Shown one piece after another: positions 37,425-47,856 of a DNA stretch of 64,000 nt. This stretch comes from Candidatus Spongiisociaceae bacterium. Its GTDB lineage: Bacteria; Actinomycetota; Acidimicrobiia; Spongiisociales; Spongiisociaceae. The stretch is taken from the NCBI GenBank assembly GCA_965262915.1, contig OZ253564.1, positions 4,000,001 through 4,064,000 on the forward strand, written 5' to 3'. Below the pieces are notes generated by a model. The model ran no database searches. It was given only the letters and a program-made list of their open reading frames with translations, and was not told where the DNA came from. Position numbers and translations under genes: made by a program. Within the stretch, counting starts at the first letter, position 1. Each line of letters opens with the position of its first letter.

Positions 37425-39078
37425 ATGAATCGAGGCTGTAGTTCCAGCGGAGTGCCAGTCCCACCAGCTTCGACCCGACTCGTAACGCTTGTGATCGGAC
37501 TTGCGGTCATAGTGGCAGTGTTGGCGGTCCCACGGTCGGCGCGAGCCTGCACGTTTCCTGTCAGGCCCCTTGAGGAATATGCCGACGAAGTAGACGTCGC
37601 ATTCGTAGGAAGCGAGATCGACCGGCGGGAGCGCGGAGAACGAGCGGTTCTCACTTTCGAGGTACACCGCGTCTACAAGGGCGAGGTAGGGCCTCGCATC
37701 AGGTTCGATGTTCCTAGCCGCGAAACGCCCTGTGGTGCGTATTTCGACCTAGATGAGTAGTTCCAAGGGGTGCGGGGTGTAAATCCACTGCTTAGGGGTT
37801 GGGGGTGTCCAGAATCCGGGGTACGAATCTTCCCCGATCCGAAAGGACCTGGAATGGGCCCGGACCTAGACACCCTTGCCACTGCATTGTACGTGACCAC
37901 AGATGATCTGTTGATCTAGTATCCCGGGTGGGCACCGGAGCGTCCCGTGGTCGGGATCGCTCCGAAGCTGTCGGATGCCGAGTTGGTCACCCTGGCGGTG
38001 ATACAGGCTCTGTTGGGTTACACATCCGAGGCCCGTTTCCTGCGGTACGCCGACACGCATCTACAGACCCTGGTTCCCCTACCTGCCCACCCGAGCGGCC
38101 TACAACAAGCGGCTGCGCCGCAGTAGCCTGATGATGCAACACATCATCAACTACCTCAGCCGGGTCTGTGCATCGTTCCACGACGATCTGTGGCTGGTCG
38201 ACTCAACCCCGGTCGAGTGCGGCCGCAGCCGCGAGACCACCCGCCGCTCAGAGTTGGCGGGATGGGCAGAATACGGCTACTGCGCGTCGCATTCCCGCCA
38301 CTTTTGGGGGTTGCGTCTCCACCTTTTGGCTACCGCATCGGGTCTGCCGATCCTGTGGGCGCTTGCTCCGGCCAAAGAAGACGAACGCGACATCGCCCTG
38401 GAGATGTTGGCCCGCAGCGGCCTCGCCCGCCCCGGCCAGACCATCATCGCGGACAAGGGCTATCGGCGGGCCAGCTTCCACAAAACCCTCAACGGGGCCG
38501 GTATCACCCTTATCCGTCCCGCGACCAAAACCGAGAAACCGCGACCCGGGCGGCGGTTCCTCCGCCCGTTCCGCCAGATCATCGAGTCGATCAACAACAC
38601 CCTCAAAACCCAGCTTGATCTCCAACGGCACGGCGGACGTACCAAAGCCGGTGTGATAGCACGTATCCTGCAACGTCTCCTAGCACTCACCGCCACGATC
38701 TGGCACAACCAAACCACCAACCAGCCAGGACCAGCCCGCTCCCTCATCGCCTACGACCACTAACCACCCCTTGGAACTAACCGTCTAGGAAGTGGAACGA
38801 CCGTTGTGGTAGCCCAGTTGGTGGAAGAAGATGCATATGGGTTCAAGGCTGGAGACCTATACTTCATGGAGGAATCCGCCTTCGTCTCAGAAGCAGATCT
38901 CGAAGAGGTGTTCGGCGACGGGTATCCGCCGGACCCCACAATCCAGATCTCCGAACCCCAGACCTCCGAGCCGTCGGGCAACGTCCCAAGGATCAGAGCC
39001 CTGGCCGTCGGCGCTCTGGTCGTTCTCGCGGTGGTTCTGATAAAGATACGGTCGGCGGGCCACGGCCGTAATAGGTAG
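37425..39078 (+). pseudogene. Secreted/membrane-anchored protein gene split by an IS982-family insertion
   Basis: Removing the IS (keeping one CTAG) rejoins ...CGAYFDL|GSGTTVVVAQ... in frame; signal peptide, ACTFP...VYKG pattern, C-terminal TM. Confidence 0.8.
37750..38787 (+). mobile_element. IS982-family insertion sequence (transposase pseudogenised)
   Basis: 23-bp IRs TAGATGAGTAGTTCCAAGGGGTG / CACCCCTTGGAACTAACCGTCTA (20/23), CTAG at both junctions; transposase from 37854 has a stop and a frameshift, then DSTP, ADKGY, RQIIESINNTLK. Confidence 0.88.
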
Positions 39079-39358
39079 TTGGTAGTTGGCGGCTGGGCAG
39101 GCAAGAGTTCACGGGGCGTTCCGGCCGCCGATCGCCTTGGAGTTGCGGGTTGCCGGTGGGCGGCCGGAGTGGCACCAGAGCTCACGTCGGACGCCTACCG
39201 GCACCCTCGCCCGGCTGGTTCCCGGGGAACCGAGCTACCGCAATCGAGGGTCTTGATCTTCACTGCCCGAGCGGATACGTTGACCGCATGAATACGATGC
39301 GACGCTCATCCGCACCTTCCGGATCATGCCGGACGAGCCAGGAGGCAAGGATCCGCCT

Positions 39359-39754
39359 ATGACCGTCATACAAGAGACCATCGTCGCGGAGCGCGCTGCG
39401 CAGGCGTTGGAGTTCCTAGCCCAGTCGGAGGCCGAGTTCGCGGCGGGCGATACCCGCCAGGGCGCCGAGAAGCTTTACGGCGCCGCCGTCCAGGCCGTCA
39501 TCGCCGCCTCCCGCCAACGCGGCTGGGACTACCGCTCGCATCGCGCCAACAAGAACGCCGCCACCCGACTGGCCGACGAGTATGGCGACCGGTTCCTGTC
39601 CGCCGGGTTCATAGCCGCCGAGAGGTTCCACATCCATTTCCATCACGGCGACATGGAGGACTACCAGATAGCCGCCGATCTCCCTACCGTCCGTGAATAC
39701 GTGGAGCGCATGGTGACGCTGATCAAGGAGTACAACGCGAACCGAATGGGCTAG
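39359..39754 (+). CDS. PaREP1 family (HEPN-like) protein
   Basis: GDTRQGAEKLYGAA...RGW..RSH...AERFHIHFHH pattern. Confidence 0.78.
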   Translation: MTVIQETIVAERAAQALEFLAQSEAEFAAGDTRQGAEKLYGAAVQAVIAASRQRGWDYRSHRANKNAATRLADEYGDRFLSAGFIAAERFHIHFHHGDMEDYQIAADLPTVREYVERMVTLIKEYNANRMG

Positions 39755-39879
39755 AGCTGGTGAACCCCCATTAGGAGGAGCTCCACCGCGCTTATCGGTC
39801 CTTGAGCGATCCCAAGTCTGACCCGGTGGATTCCCACATCAGAAGCAAGTCCCGGCTGCGCTGGCTCGTCCCACCGATA

Positions 39880-40262
39880 CGTCCGTCGGCGGGCTGGTCG
39901 AAACGTTCGTGGTCAACGAGGTGGCCAAACAACTCACCTGGAACCAACCCGAAGCGCGTCTCTACCACTTTCGCGATCACCGGGGACCGGAGGTCGACCT
40001 GATACTCGAAGCGCCCGATGGACTCGTCGTCGCCATCGAGGTCAAGGCCGCCATCTCTCCCGGCCCCGGAACAGCCCGGTGGCTCGCCTGGCTCCGTGAC
40101 CGCCTCGATCAGGTCGGGAACGACTTCCTGCACGGCTTCGTATTCCACACCGGACCCAACCGCCTGAGCCTCGGTGACCGGCTTACGCTGCTCCCTATCG
40201 AAGCGCTATGGACCCCTCCCTACCGGCCCGCCGGCGTCTCGAACCGAGCCGACACCGGATGA
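39880..40262 (+). pseudogene. C-terminal DUF4143 fragment of an AAA+ ATPase gene
   Basis: ETFVVNE...LYHFRD...EVDLILE...AIEVK; ATPase domain missing. Confidence 0.75.
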
Positions 40263-40282
40263 AACTCCTCCCGACCTCCGGG

Positions 40283-41363
40283 CTATTCGGGCGGGGCGTC
40301 GTTGAGTTCTACCACCAGTTCGCCGGACAGGATCTGGTCGCGCGCCTCGAGGACTCTGTCGCGGACGTCTGCGGGAACGAGGGCCTCGTTGAGCGGGGCG
40401 ATGTCACCGCCGCCTTGCGGCATGTGGAACATGATCCGTTCCATCGGCGCGTTCATCTGAACACCGTTGACCATGTGGTCCCACCAAGCGTCGATCGTCA
40501 CCTCTATGGCCTGGTCCCACTTGGCCACGGTGCTGGTGAGCACCACGTCGGGCGCCAACGCCTGCACGTCGACGAGGTCCCCGACTCCGTAGACGCCTGC
40601 CTCTTCGGCAGCTTCGAACACCCCGAAGACGATCGCGTAGAGCACATCGGCGCCGGCCACGATCTGAGCGGTCGCCGCTTCCTTTGGCGGTGGCCGGATC
40701 CCACCAGCTCTCGATGTAGGTGACCTCCCACTCGACATCCGGGTTGACGGACTTCGCGCCGGCGATGTACCCGTTGACGGGGGCGTTGACGTTCGGGAAC
40801 GGGAAGTTGGCGACGACCCCGATCTTGTCGGTCTCGGTCATGAGACCGGCGGCCACTCCGGTCAGATAGGCGGGCTCGTGGACGAAGGTGTCGACCCAGA
40901 AGGCGTTGCCACCCAGTGGATCGTTGCCGGACCCTGCATAGACGAAAAGGATGTCCGGGTAATCGCCCATCACCGCGGAGATCGCGTCGCTGTAGGTGCT
41001 ACTGCCGAAGATCATCTCGTACTTGCCGCTGGCGGCCAGATCGCGGACTATCCGCTCGCTGTCACCGTAGGCGATGTTCTCGAACCACTCGGTTGTGACC
41101 TCCAGGCCGTAGGGTCGCTTCTCCGCGAGACGGTCCAGCGAGTCCAGCATCGCCTGGTACCAAGGGTCGTCGATGGGGTTCGGTGCTATGAAGCCCACCC
41201 GGAGAACGGTAGGTTCTTCCACGGCCGGCGGGGCGGTCGTGGTGGGCGCCGCCGTTGTGGTGGGTGCCGCCGTAGTGGTCGGAGCGGCCTCTTCCCCGCA
41301 TGCCGCTGCCACGAAGGCAAGGACAACGACCAGGCAGAGTAGAGGGGTTCGCAAGAATCTCAT
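40283..41363 (-). pseudogene. Second BMP family lipoprotein with a single frameshift near 40684
   Basis: Paralog of 34379-35470; N- and C-terminal halves lie in different frames; an extra A in GCC AAAG GAA breaks DPATAKEAA. Confidence 0.82.
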
Positions 41364-41445
41364 GATCGGTCACTCCCTCGTGTGGAACACTGCCGGCTCG
41401 GAGTTCGGCGACCGGATGGCACCCGCCCCGTTTGTCCGTTAGGAA

Positions 41446-41462
41446 TATCACTGTCAGCAATA
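41446..41462. promoter_or_regulatory. Degenerate operator TATCA-N7-CAATA
   Basis: Divergent intergenic region between BMP paralog 2 and an amidohydrolase. Confidence 0.45.
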
Positions 41463-41517
41463 TGTCCGGCAGTAGCAATACACTCGGATGCGGACGCGCG
41501 GGGAGTGAGGGCACGAT

Positions 41518-42927
41518 ATGAACACCGAGCAGGACACGGTTTGCGATCTGTTGCTCACCAACGGATCGGTGATCACGGTGGATGACGAGCGGCATGTCCA
41601 CGAACCGGGATCGGTGGCAATCGGCGGCGACCGGATCCTTGCCGTAGGTACGCCAGAAGATCTTGATCGGTACCGCGCTACCAGAGTGATCGATTGCACC
41701 GGTAAGGCAGTCCTCCCCGGCTTCGTCGACACCCATACTCACATGTTCCAAAGCCTTGGGCGGGGCCTGGGCGAGGGGATGCCGCTTTATCCGTGGTTGA
41801 GCGACTTCATGTGGCCCTACGCGCGGGTGATCAGCAGGCACGAGGCGTGGGCCGGGGTCAGGCTGACGGCCCTTGAGGCTGCCAGGGCCGGCACGACCGC
41901 CGTGGTCGACGATCACTATGCCCCCACGGACATCGAGACGACGGTCGGGGTGGCCCGGACCATCGAGGAGGTGGGTCTGCGTGGTGCGGTGGCGCGGGGC
42001 ATCTTCGGCGCCCCGGCCGAGGTAACGCGGCACTACGACATCCCCGATTATCTTTTCGAGCGGTCGCCGGAAGAGGAACTGGAGATCACGAGGGCCGCCA
42101 TCGAAGCTACCTCGGGCAAGCAGGTGGCAGTGTGGCCGGCGCCCGACGGGAACTTCATCCACCGGGATCTCATCATCGATTCGGTGAAGCTGGCGCATGA
42201 ACTGGACACTCGGTGGCATATCCATTGCTCAGCGCCCCAAACCGATCCTGCTGCCTACGTGTCCTGCTACGGCGAGCGTCCCGTCGAGTGGATGCACCGG
42301 GCGGGAATCCTCGACGAGAGAGCGGCAATCGCCCACGGAGTGTGGTTCGACGACGACGAGGTGGCGTTCATAGGCGAGGCCGGCGCCGGGGTCGCCCACT
42401 GCCCCACATCGAACTGCTACATGGCGGACGGCGCCATCCGCATGAACGACCTCAGGTCGGCGGGAGCAGTCGTGTCGCTGGGTACCGACGGATCGGCCTG
42501 TGACCACCGCCAGGACATGTTCGAGCAGATGAAACAGGCCATATTCGTGCAGAGACTGCACACCCTCGACCCCGTGGCGCTGCGATCCGAGGATGCCTTG
42601 GAACTGGCCACGCGGGAAGGCGCCCGTTACCTGGGAATCGACGCGGGGATCCTCGCTCCGGGCAAGCTCGCCGACATCGCGGTGGTGGACCTCGAGCGGG
42701 TCCATCTACAGCCGCTCAACCGGACACTCTCGACCCTGGTCTACGCGGCCCGCGGCTCCGATGTCGTCATGACGATCGTGGGCGGGGATGTGATCTACGA
42801 GAACGGCGCCTCCACGAAGGTGAACGACGCGGAGGTGATCGCCGAGGCCCGGGTACGGTCGGCGGAACTGATAGAAAGAGCAGGGCTGCAAGGCTTGCTC
42901 GCCCCGTGGAGAGCGGGCTCGGACTGA
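41518..42927 (+). CDS. Amidohydrolase, COG0402 (purine/MTA-SAH deaminase-like) paralog 1
   Basis: PGFVDTHTH, AGTT, IAHGV, HCPTSN, LGTDG, GKLAD. Confidence 0.9.
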   Translation: MNTEQDTVCDLLLTNGSVITVDDERHVHEPGSVAIGGDRILAVGTPEDLDRYRATRVIDCTGKAVLPGFVDTHTHMFQSLGRGLGEGMPLYPWLSDFMWPYARVISRHEAWAGVRLTALEAARAGTTAVVDDHYAPTDIETTVGVARTIEEVGLRGAVARGIFGAPAEVTRHYDIPDYLFERSPEEELEITRAAIEATSGKQVAVWPAPDGNFIHRDLIIDSVKLAHELDTRWHIHCSAPQTDPAAYVSCYGERPVEWMHRAGILDERAAIAHGVWFDDDEVAFIGEAGAGVAHCPTSNCYMADGAIRMNDLRSAGAVVSLGTDGSACDHRQDMFEQMKQAIFVQRLHTLDPVALRSEDALELATREGARYLGIDAGILAPGKLADIAVVDLERVHLQPLNRTLSTLVYAARGSDVVMTIVGGDVIYENGASTKVNDAEVIAEARVRSAELIERAGLQGLLAPWRAGSD

Positions 42928-43122
42928 GCCCGGATGCACCGATCGGCTTCGAGCCGGTCTGTCGGGGTGGGATCGGCGGGTGGTGTGGGGGTGGTTCAGG
43001 GCACGGCGATGACCGGCCACGCGGTCGGGTGCTCGACGATGAGAATCCCCTCGACCTGGATCATGTGACGCACTCGGCGCAGATTGTCGGTGAACGCTGC
43101 GACCACACCCTGAACCTTTGCG

Positions 43123-44895
43123 TCACCAGCCCCGGCCATCGAGAAGTTTCTTGAGGTTGCGCTTGCGGGGGTGTTCCGTGCGTACCCGCTCGAGCAGATC
43201 GGAGAAGCGGTCCGGCTCACCCGCGGCGTCGGCGAGGCGGCGGATGCGGTCCATCAGCTCGACCGCGGTTTCGTAGGCGCGGGTCTTCGTCCGGTCTATT
43301 TGCGAGAGGACCTCCGGCTCGTAGATGGCGATGGCGTCAAGAGGATGTGTCTGCTCCCGCGCCCTGGCCAGCGTCAGCCACATCTGCCTATCGCAACCGA
43401 ACTCGGTCGCCGCCATCCAAGCCTCATCTGTACAGCCTTCATACAGCAGGATATCCAGTAGCGCCTTCGCAGCGGAGGCGAAGATTCTCCGTTCCCTCCA
43501 GTCCGTTTCGGCCACCGGCTCGGCGAGACGGGCGCGCAACTCCCTCAGACAGCGCTGCGACCATCGACTATCTACAACGGGATCCTCGCCGGCCTCTCGA
43601 AGGAGGCGCCGGTAGGTCTCCAGCGACGGATCCGCCGAGAAGGCGTCCCAGTACAATTGGACCGCTCCGCTCGAGTCACCCCGTTCGTGCAGAGCACCCG
43701 CCAGGTATTCACGCAGTTCGGACGTGTAGTGATAGGGCCCGCGGTTTTCACTGAGACCGCGCCTCGCCCATTCCAAGGCCTCATCCGCACGGTCAGCCGC
43801 GCCTAGCGCGCCGACGATCTCCATCGCTGCCGCGGGATGGAGGCGCTCACGGCTGTGCACCTCGATGAGGATGTCAGGGTCACCTGTCGCGACAGCCCAA
43901 CTCACCATTGCCTGATGGATCCGCCCGAGCGCGCTCTCCTGCCGCGAACCTTCATTGCGGCGACCCTCGGCCTGTGTCCGACGCTGTTCGAGACATTCGC
44001 GGTAGGCGCCCAAGCCTGCTTCGCCGAGCATCTCAGCGTAGGCCTCGGCAGATCTATAAAAGCCCTCCAGATCCGAGTCCAACTCCAGACTCACCAAGCG
44101 AGCGGCGAGGTCCGACGGAGCCGGGCGACCTTGGGCGCAAGCCCGATGGTGGAGGTCGAACAAACGCAACGAGATGTCGGACACCCAACCGCCTGAATAG
44201 TCGACATAGTCGACGGCTTCATAGGCTCGACGATGGGCGTACTCTGCCAGCAGCGCTGCGGTGTCCGGATGGCCCAAGTCACTCATCTCTTCGAGACCGT
44301 CGATCACCTCGCCGACACCACCGGCCCAATCTCCGGCCTCCCGGTACGAAACGTAGCGGTCACGAGGTGCGAACGCGTTGTCGATATGTCGCTGCCACGA
44401 TTCGACGTCGGGCCCATCTCCCCGGCCGGCTCGGGCCTCGGCCAGGAGGCGCTCCCGCAACCGCCAGTCCGACATGGCCTGTTGCAGGACGATCTCGACC
44501 AGCCGGGCCTTCGCTAGCTGCCCGACGAAGTCGGGAAGTTCGTGATCAGGTCTCGGCGACGGCGACGATTCCACTGCCGGCACAAGCGACACCGCGGCCG
44601 ACCGGCTTGCATCCGGATCCAGCGTGAGCGCCACGGCCACACAGTGCTTGCAGAACGATCCGTCCTCCGCAGCGGGGCACGTGCAGGACCAACCCGGCTT
44701 GCCCTCGTCCACCCATAACCTCACCGCATACGGCATGGTGCCCCGCACCGTTGCTTGGAGGCCCGGCCCGCTTCCGCCCGCCGGTTCGACCCTCCCCTCG
44801 CTGTGGTACGACAGCCCACGTAGGTAGGAACGGGATCCGGCCAGTTCCTTGACGGTGGGTACCGTGAACACCTCCATCAACTGACTCACAATCAC
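43123..44895 (-). CDS. SWIM zinc-finger protein with helical repeat C-terminus
   Basis: RGLSY, CTCP...FCKHCVA, C-terminal HPRKRNL. Confidence 0.85.
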   Translation of the reverse strand: MIVSQLMEVFTVPTVKELAGSRSYLRGLSYHSEGRVEPAGGSGPGLQATVRGTMPYAVRLWVDEGKPGWSCTCPAAEDGSFCKHCVAVALTLDPDASRSAAVSLVPAVESSPSPRPDHELPDFVGQLAKARLVEIVLQQAMSDWRLRERLLAEARAGRGDGPDVESWQRHIDNAFAPRDRYVSYREAGDWAGGVGEVIDGLEEMSDLGHPDTAALLAEYAHRRAYEAVDYVDYSGGWVSDISLRLFDLHHRACAQGRPAPSDLAARLVSLELDSDLEGFYRSAEAYAEMLGEAGLGAYRECLEQRRTQAEGRRNEGSRQESALGRIHQAMVSWAVATGDPDILIEVHSRERLHPAAAMEIVGALGAADRADEALEWARRGLSENRGPYHYTSELREYLAGALHERGDSSGAVQLYWDAFSADPSLETYRRLLREAGEDPVVDSRWSQRCLRELRARLAEPVAETDWRERRIFASAAKALLDILLYEGCTDEAWMAATEFGCDRQMWLTLARAREQTHPLDAIAIYEPEVLSQIDRTKTRAYETAVELMDRIRRLADAAGEPDRFSDLLERVRTEHPRKRNLKKLLDGRGW

Positions 44896-45067
44896 TCAAC
44901 AATATTCATAGCTGGATATTGATACTCCATCATGGATGGTATCGGACCGCCGTCGCACTCGCTGTCGAAGCCCTTGTCAGACACCGAGTCACCCGTCCGT
45001 TACTCGCCAGCCGGAACCAGACGATAGATACGGACACCCGCTGAGCAGTCCCTCAACCAAGCCCTGC

Positions 45068-45820
45068 TCAGTGGAAGCCGGAGCCTCCGTTGACCCAGAT
45101 GTTCTGACCGGTCACGAAATCGGACCATGGGCTGACCAGGTAGAGGAGGGTGCCGACCATGTCGTCGGGTACCTGGGTGCGCTTGAAGGCGCGCCGGGCG
45201 GTGATCAGGCCGTCGATGTGCGGCTGTTTGGACGCGTAGGCCTCGTCATGGGGTATGTAGTCGGGGGTAAGGGTGTTGACGGAGATACCGTCGTCGCCCA
45301 GTTCACGAGCCATGGACCGGGTCAGGCCCCAGATCGCCGCCTTCGACGACACGTAGTGAAGGAACCCCGGTGTGCCGTCGTTGACGGTCATCGAGGCGAT
45401 GTTGACGATCTTGCCGCTCTTCTGTGCCCTCATAGTCGGTGCCACGGCCCGGGCACATAGCCAGGATCCCTTGACGTTCACCGCGAAGCACAGGTCCCAC
45501 TCCTCAGGTGAGATCTCCTCCATGGGACCCTGGGTCACCGACAGGTAGAAGGCAGCGTTGTTGACCAGAGCGTCGATCCTCCCGAAGGCATCCACGGCGG
45601 CCGCCGCCATCGCTTCGGTCGAGGCAACGTCCCTGACATCCACTTCGACCGGGATGGCCCGGGCGCCCAACTCCTCGGCCTCGGCCACCACCTTGGAGGG
45701 GTCCACCAGGTCGGCCACGACCAGAGAGGCCCCCTCGGCGGCAAGGCCGCGGCAGTAGGCGCTTCCGATTCCACCAGCGCCTCCGGTGACTATGACTACG
45801 TGACCGTCGAGCATCCCCAT
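45068..45820 (-). CDS. SDR family oxidoreductase
   Basis: TGGAGGIG, LVNNAA, YVSSK, VTGQNIWVNGG. Confidence 0.92.
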   Translation of the reverse strand: MGMLDGHVVIVTGGAGGIGSAYCRGLAAEGASLVVADLVDPSKVVAEAEELGARAIPVEVDVRDVASTEAMAAAAVDAFGRIDALVNNAAFYLSVTQGPMEEISPEEWDLCFAVNVKGSWLCARAVAPTMRAQKSGKIVNIASMTVNDGTPGFLHYVSSKAAIWGLTRSMARELGDDGISVNTLTPDYIPHDEAYASKQPHIDGLITARRAFKRTQVPDDMVGTLLYLVSPWSDFVTGQNIWVNGGSGFH

Positions 45821-45883
45821 GGGCTACTCCCCTCTCTCTGCGGGGTGCCAAAGGGGCCCTGCTCCACTCCGCACCCGATCGGA

Positions 45884-46936
45884 CTATTGCTTCACGAACT
45901 CGGCTGCCAACTCGAACAGCCACGAGCGGTAGGCGAGGGTGACGTCGTCGGCCACCTTGATGTACATCTCGGCGCTGAGCAGATCCGGTAGGTGCTCGGG
46001 CCATTGGGACTCCACAACCGGCTGGTCCTGGTCCAGCACCATCAGCTCGAAGTCGATCAGGAACGCCAAGTCCTCATCGGTCTGCGCGAAATCTGACCCG
46101 ATGTGCCAGAAGTTCCGGCAGGTTGCAGGTCCGGTGGGGGAACTGACCATGTAGAGCCCATAACGCTTCCCGTTGGGGAAAACCCGCAGCAGATAGATAG
46201 TGCCGGGAAGCGTGAGGTAGTAGCGGTTCAGAACGGTCACCATATCGTCGGATATCTCCAGGATCTCCTTCATTCGCTCGTCGTTGGGTTCCACGACGTA
46301 GCGATCGAAGCGGAGCATCTGTCCTTCGCGCCACACCTTGTGGTCCTCGATCTCGGCCTTGTCCCTCGTGCCGAGAATGTTCTCGTGTACGAAGGGAAAG
46401 TGCGAGAAGTCGACGAAGTTCTCCAGTCTCCTCGGCGCGCTGGTAGCCCAGTCGTAGTAGGGCGGAGACTGCCAGTGCATATCCGGATCGGTCCATTCGG
46501 CCAGGCCGGGCGGATCGCCCCACGGCTCGTCCACCAGGGACACCCAGATCATTCCCGCACTCTCCCGGCACCGGTAGCGGATCAGGTTGACCTTCAGGAT
46601 CCCGTTCAGTTCCGGGCGGGAGGGGATGTTGACCAGGGTGCCCTCCATGTCGTAGGTCCAGCCGTGGTACGGGCAGTTGATGCAACCGTTCTCGATCCAC
46701 CCGAGGGAAGGAGCTGCTCCCTTGTGGCGGCAAACGTCCATGAACGCCCGCGCCGTCTCGTCGTGCCGGACGATCAGTACCCGTTCGCCGAGCAACCTCC
46801 CCTGCATCATCTCGTCCTCGCCCACGTCGGTGCTGTAGGCCACCGGATGCCAGAAGTGGCGCATGGCCCGGTACCACTTGGAATCCCGTTCGGGGACGAA
46901 CGGGTCAGCGAGGTCTTGCATGGTGGGCTTGGCCAC
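45884..46936 (-). CDS. Rieske non-heme iron oxygenase, NdmA-like (paralog 3)
   Basis: MRHFWHPV, CRH...CPYH, RRLENFVDFSHFPFVH, QDQPVVESQWP, YRSWL. Confidence 0.92.
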   Translation of the reverse strand: MAKPTMQDLADPFVPERDSKWYRAMRHFWHPVAYSTDVGEDEMMQGRLLGERVLIVRHDETARAFMDVCRHKGAAPSLGWIENGCINCPYHGWTYDMEGTLVNIPSRPELNGILKVNLIRYRCRESAGMIWVSLVDEPWGDPPGLAEWTDPDMHWQSPPYYDWATSAPRRLENFVDFSHFPFVHENILGTRDKAEIEDHKVWREGQMLRFDRYVVEPNDERMKEILEISDDMVTVLNRYYLTLPGTIYLLRVFPNGKRYGLYMVSSPTGPATCRNFWHIGSDFAQTDEDLAFLIDFELMVLDQDQPVVESQWPEHLPDLLSAEMYIKVADDVTLAYRSWLFELAAEFVKQ

Positions 46937-46973
46937 GCTTACCGCCTTTCTTTGCTATACGGGGCCTTCATGC

Positions 46974-47723
46974 TCAGACGAAGTACGCGCCACCGTTGAC
47001 CAGCAGGCTCTGGCCGGTCACGAAATCGGAAGCCGGGGAACTCAGGTAGACGATGGTGCCGACCATGTCGTCAGCCACTTGGGTCCGCTTCAAGGCCCGC
47101 CCGGCTACCACGAAGGGGTCGCTGGTGGCGTCGGTAGGCCGGAGGTCCGGGTTGGGGATCAGGTCGGGCGACACGATATTCACCGTAATGCCTTCCGGAC
47201 CGAGTTCGTTGGCCAGGCACCGGGTCAAGCCGAGCAGCGCGGATTTGCTGGCCACGTAGTGGGGAAAGCCCATCGTCCCCTTGAAGCACGTGTTGGATGC
47301 GATGTTTACGATCTTGCCGGAACCTTGGGCGGCCATGTGGGTATGCACGGCCTTGATGCACAGCCACACCCCGCGGACGTTGACCTCGAAGGTCCGGTCC
47401 CACTCCGCTATGGATACATCGGTGAAGGGCCCCCGGGTGGTCTCGGAGAACATCGCCGCGTTGTTGATCAGCACATCGATTCGACCGAACCGTTCCATAG
47501 CGGCATCCGCCATTGCGACGGTGGATGCCTCGTCGCTCACATCGGCGGTGACCGCGATGGCCTGCCCACCTCTTGCGGCCAGTTCTTCGACCACCGGTGA
47601 GCCATCGAGCAAATCGGCGATGACGACACCGGCCCCTTCCCGGGAAACACCAAGGGCATAGGCACGGCCTAGGCCACGAGCCCCACCGGTGATGATGACC
47701 ACCTTGCCGTCAAGCACACCCAT
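46974..47723 (-). CDS. SDR family oxidoreductase (close paralog of 45068-45820)
   Basis: TGGARGLG, INNAA, HYVASK, VTGQSLLVNGG. Confidence 0.92.
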   Translation of the reverse strand: MGVLDGKVVIITGGARGLGRAYALGVSREGAGVVIADLLDGSPVVEELAARGGQAIAVTADVSDEASTVAMADAAMERFGRIDVLINNAAMFSETTRGPFTDVSIAEWDRTFEVNVRGVWLCIKAVHTHMAAQGSGKIVNIASNTCFKGTMGFPHYVASKSALLGLTRCLANELGPEGITVNIVSPDLIPNPDLRPTDATSDPFVVAGRALKRTQVADDMVGTIVYLSSPASDFVTGQSLLVNGGAYFV

Positions 47724-47770
47724 GCCAAACCTCCCCGATCTCGGCCTTCGCTCAAAGACTAGCGGCCGGA

Positions 47771-47848
47771 TATTGCTGGTGCCAATAATTCAGGACTACC
47801 GGTGATTCCAAAGTGGCCGCCGCGCCGGCAACATAGATATCATCAATG
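47771..47848. promoter_or_regulatory. Two operator copies in a divergent promoter region
   Basis: TATTG-N7-CAATA (47771-47787) and CATAG-N7-CAATG (47832-47848). Confidence 0.6.
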
Positions 47849-47856
47849 ACTACCAG

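Noticed and set aside
44914-44932. Regulon operator upstream of the SWIM gene
   Set aside because: Only the TATTG half-site is present.
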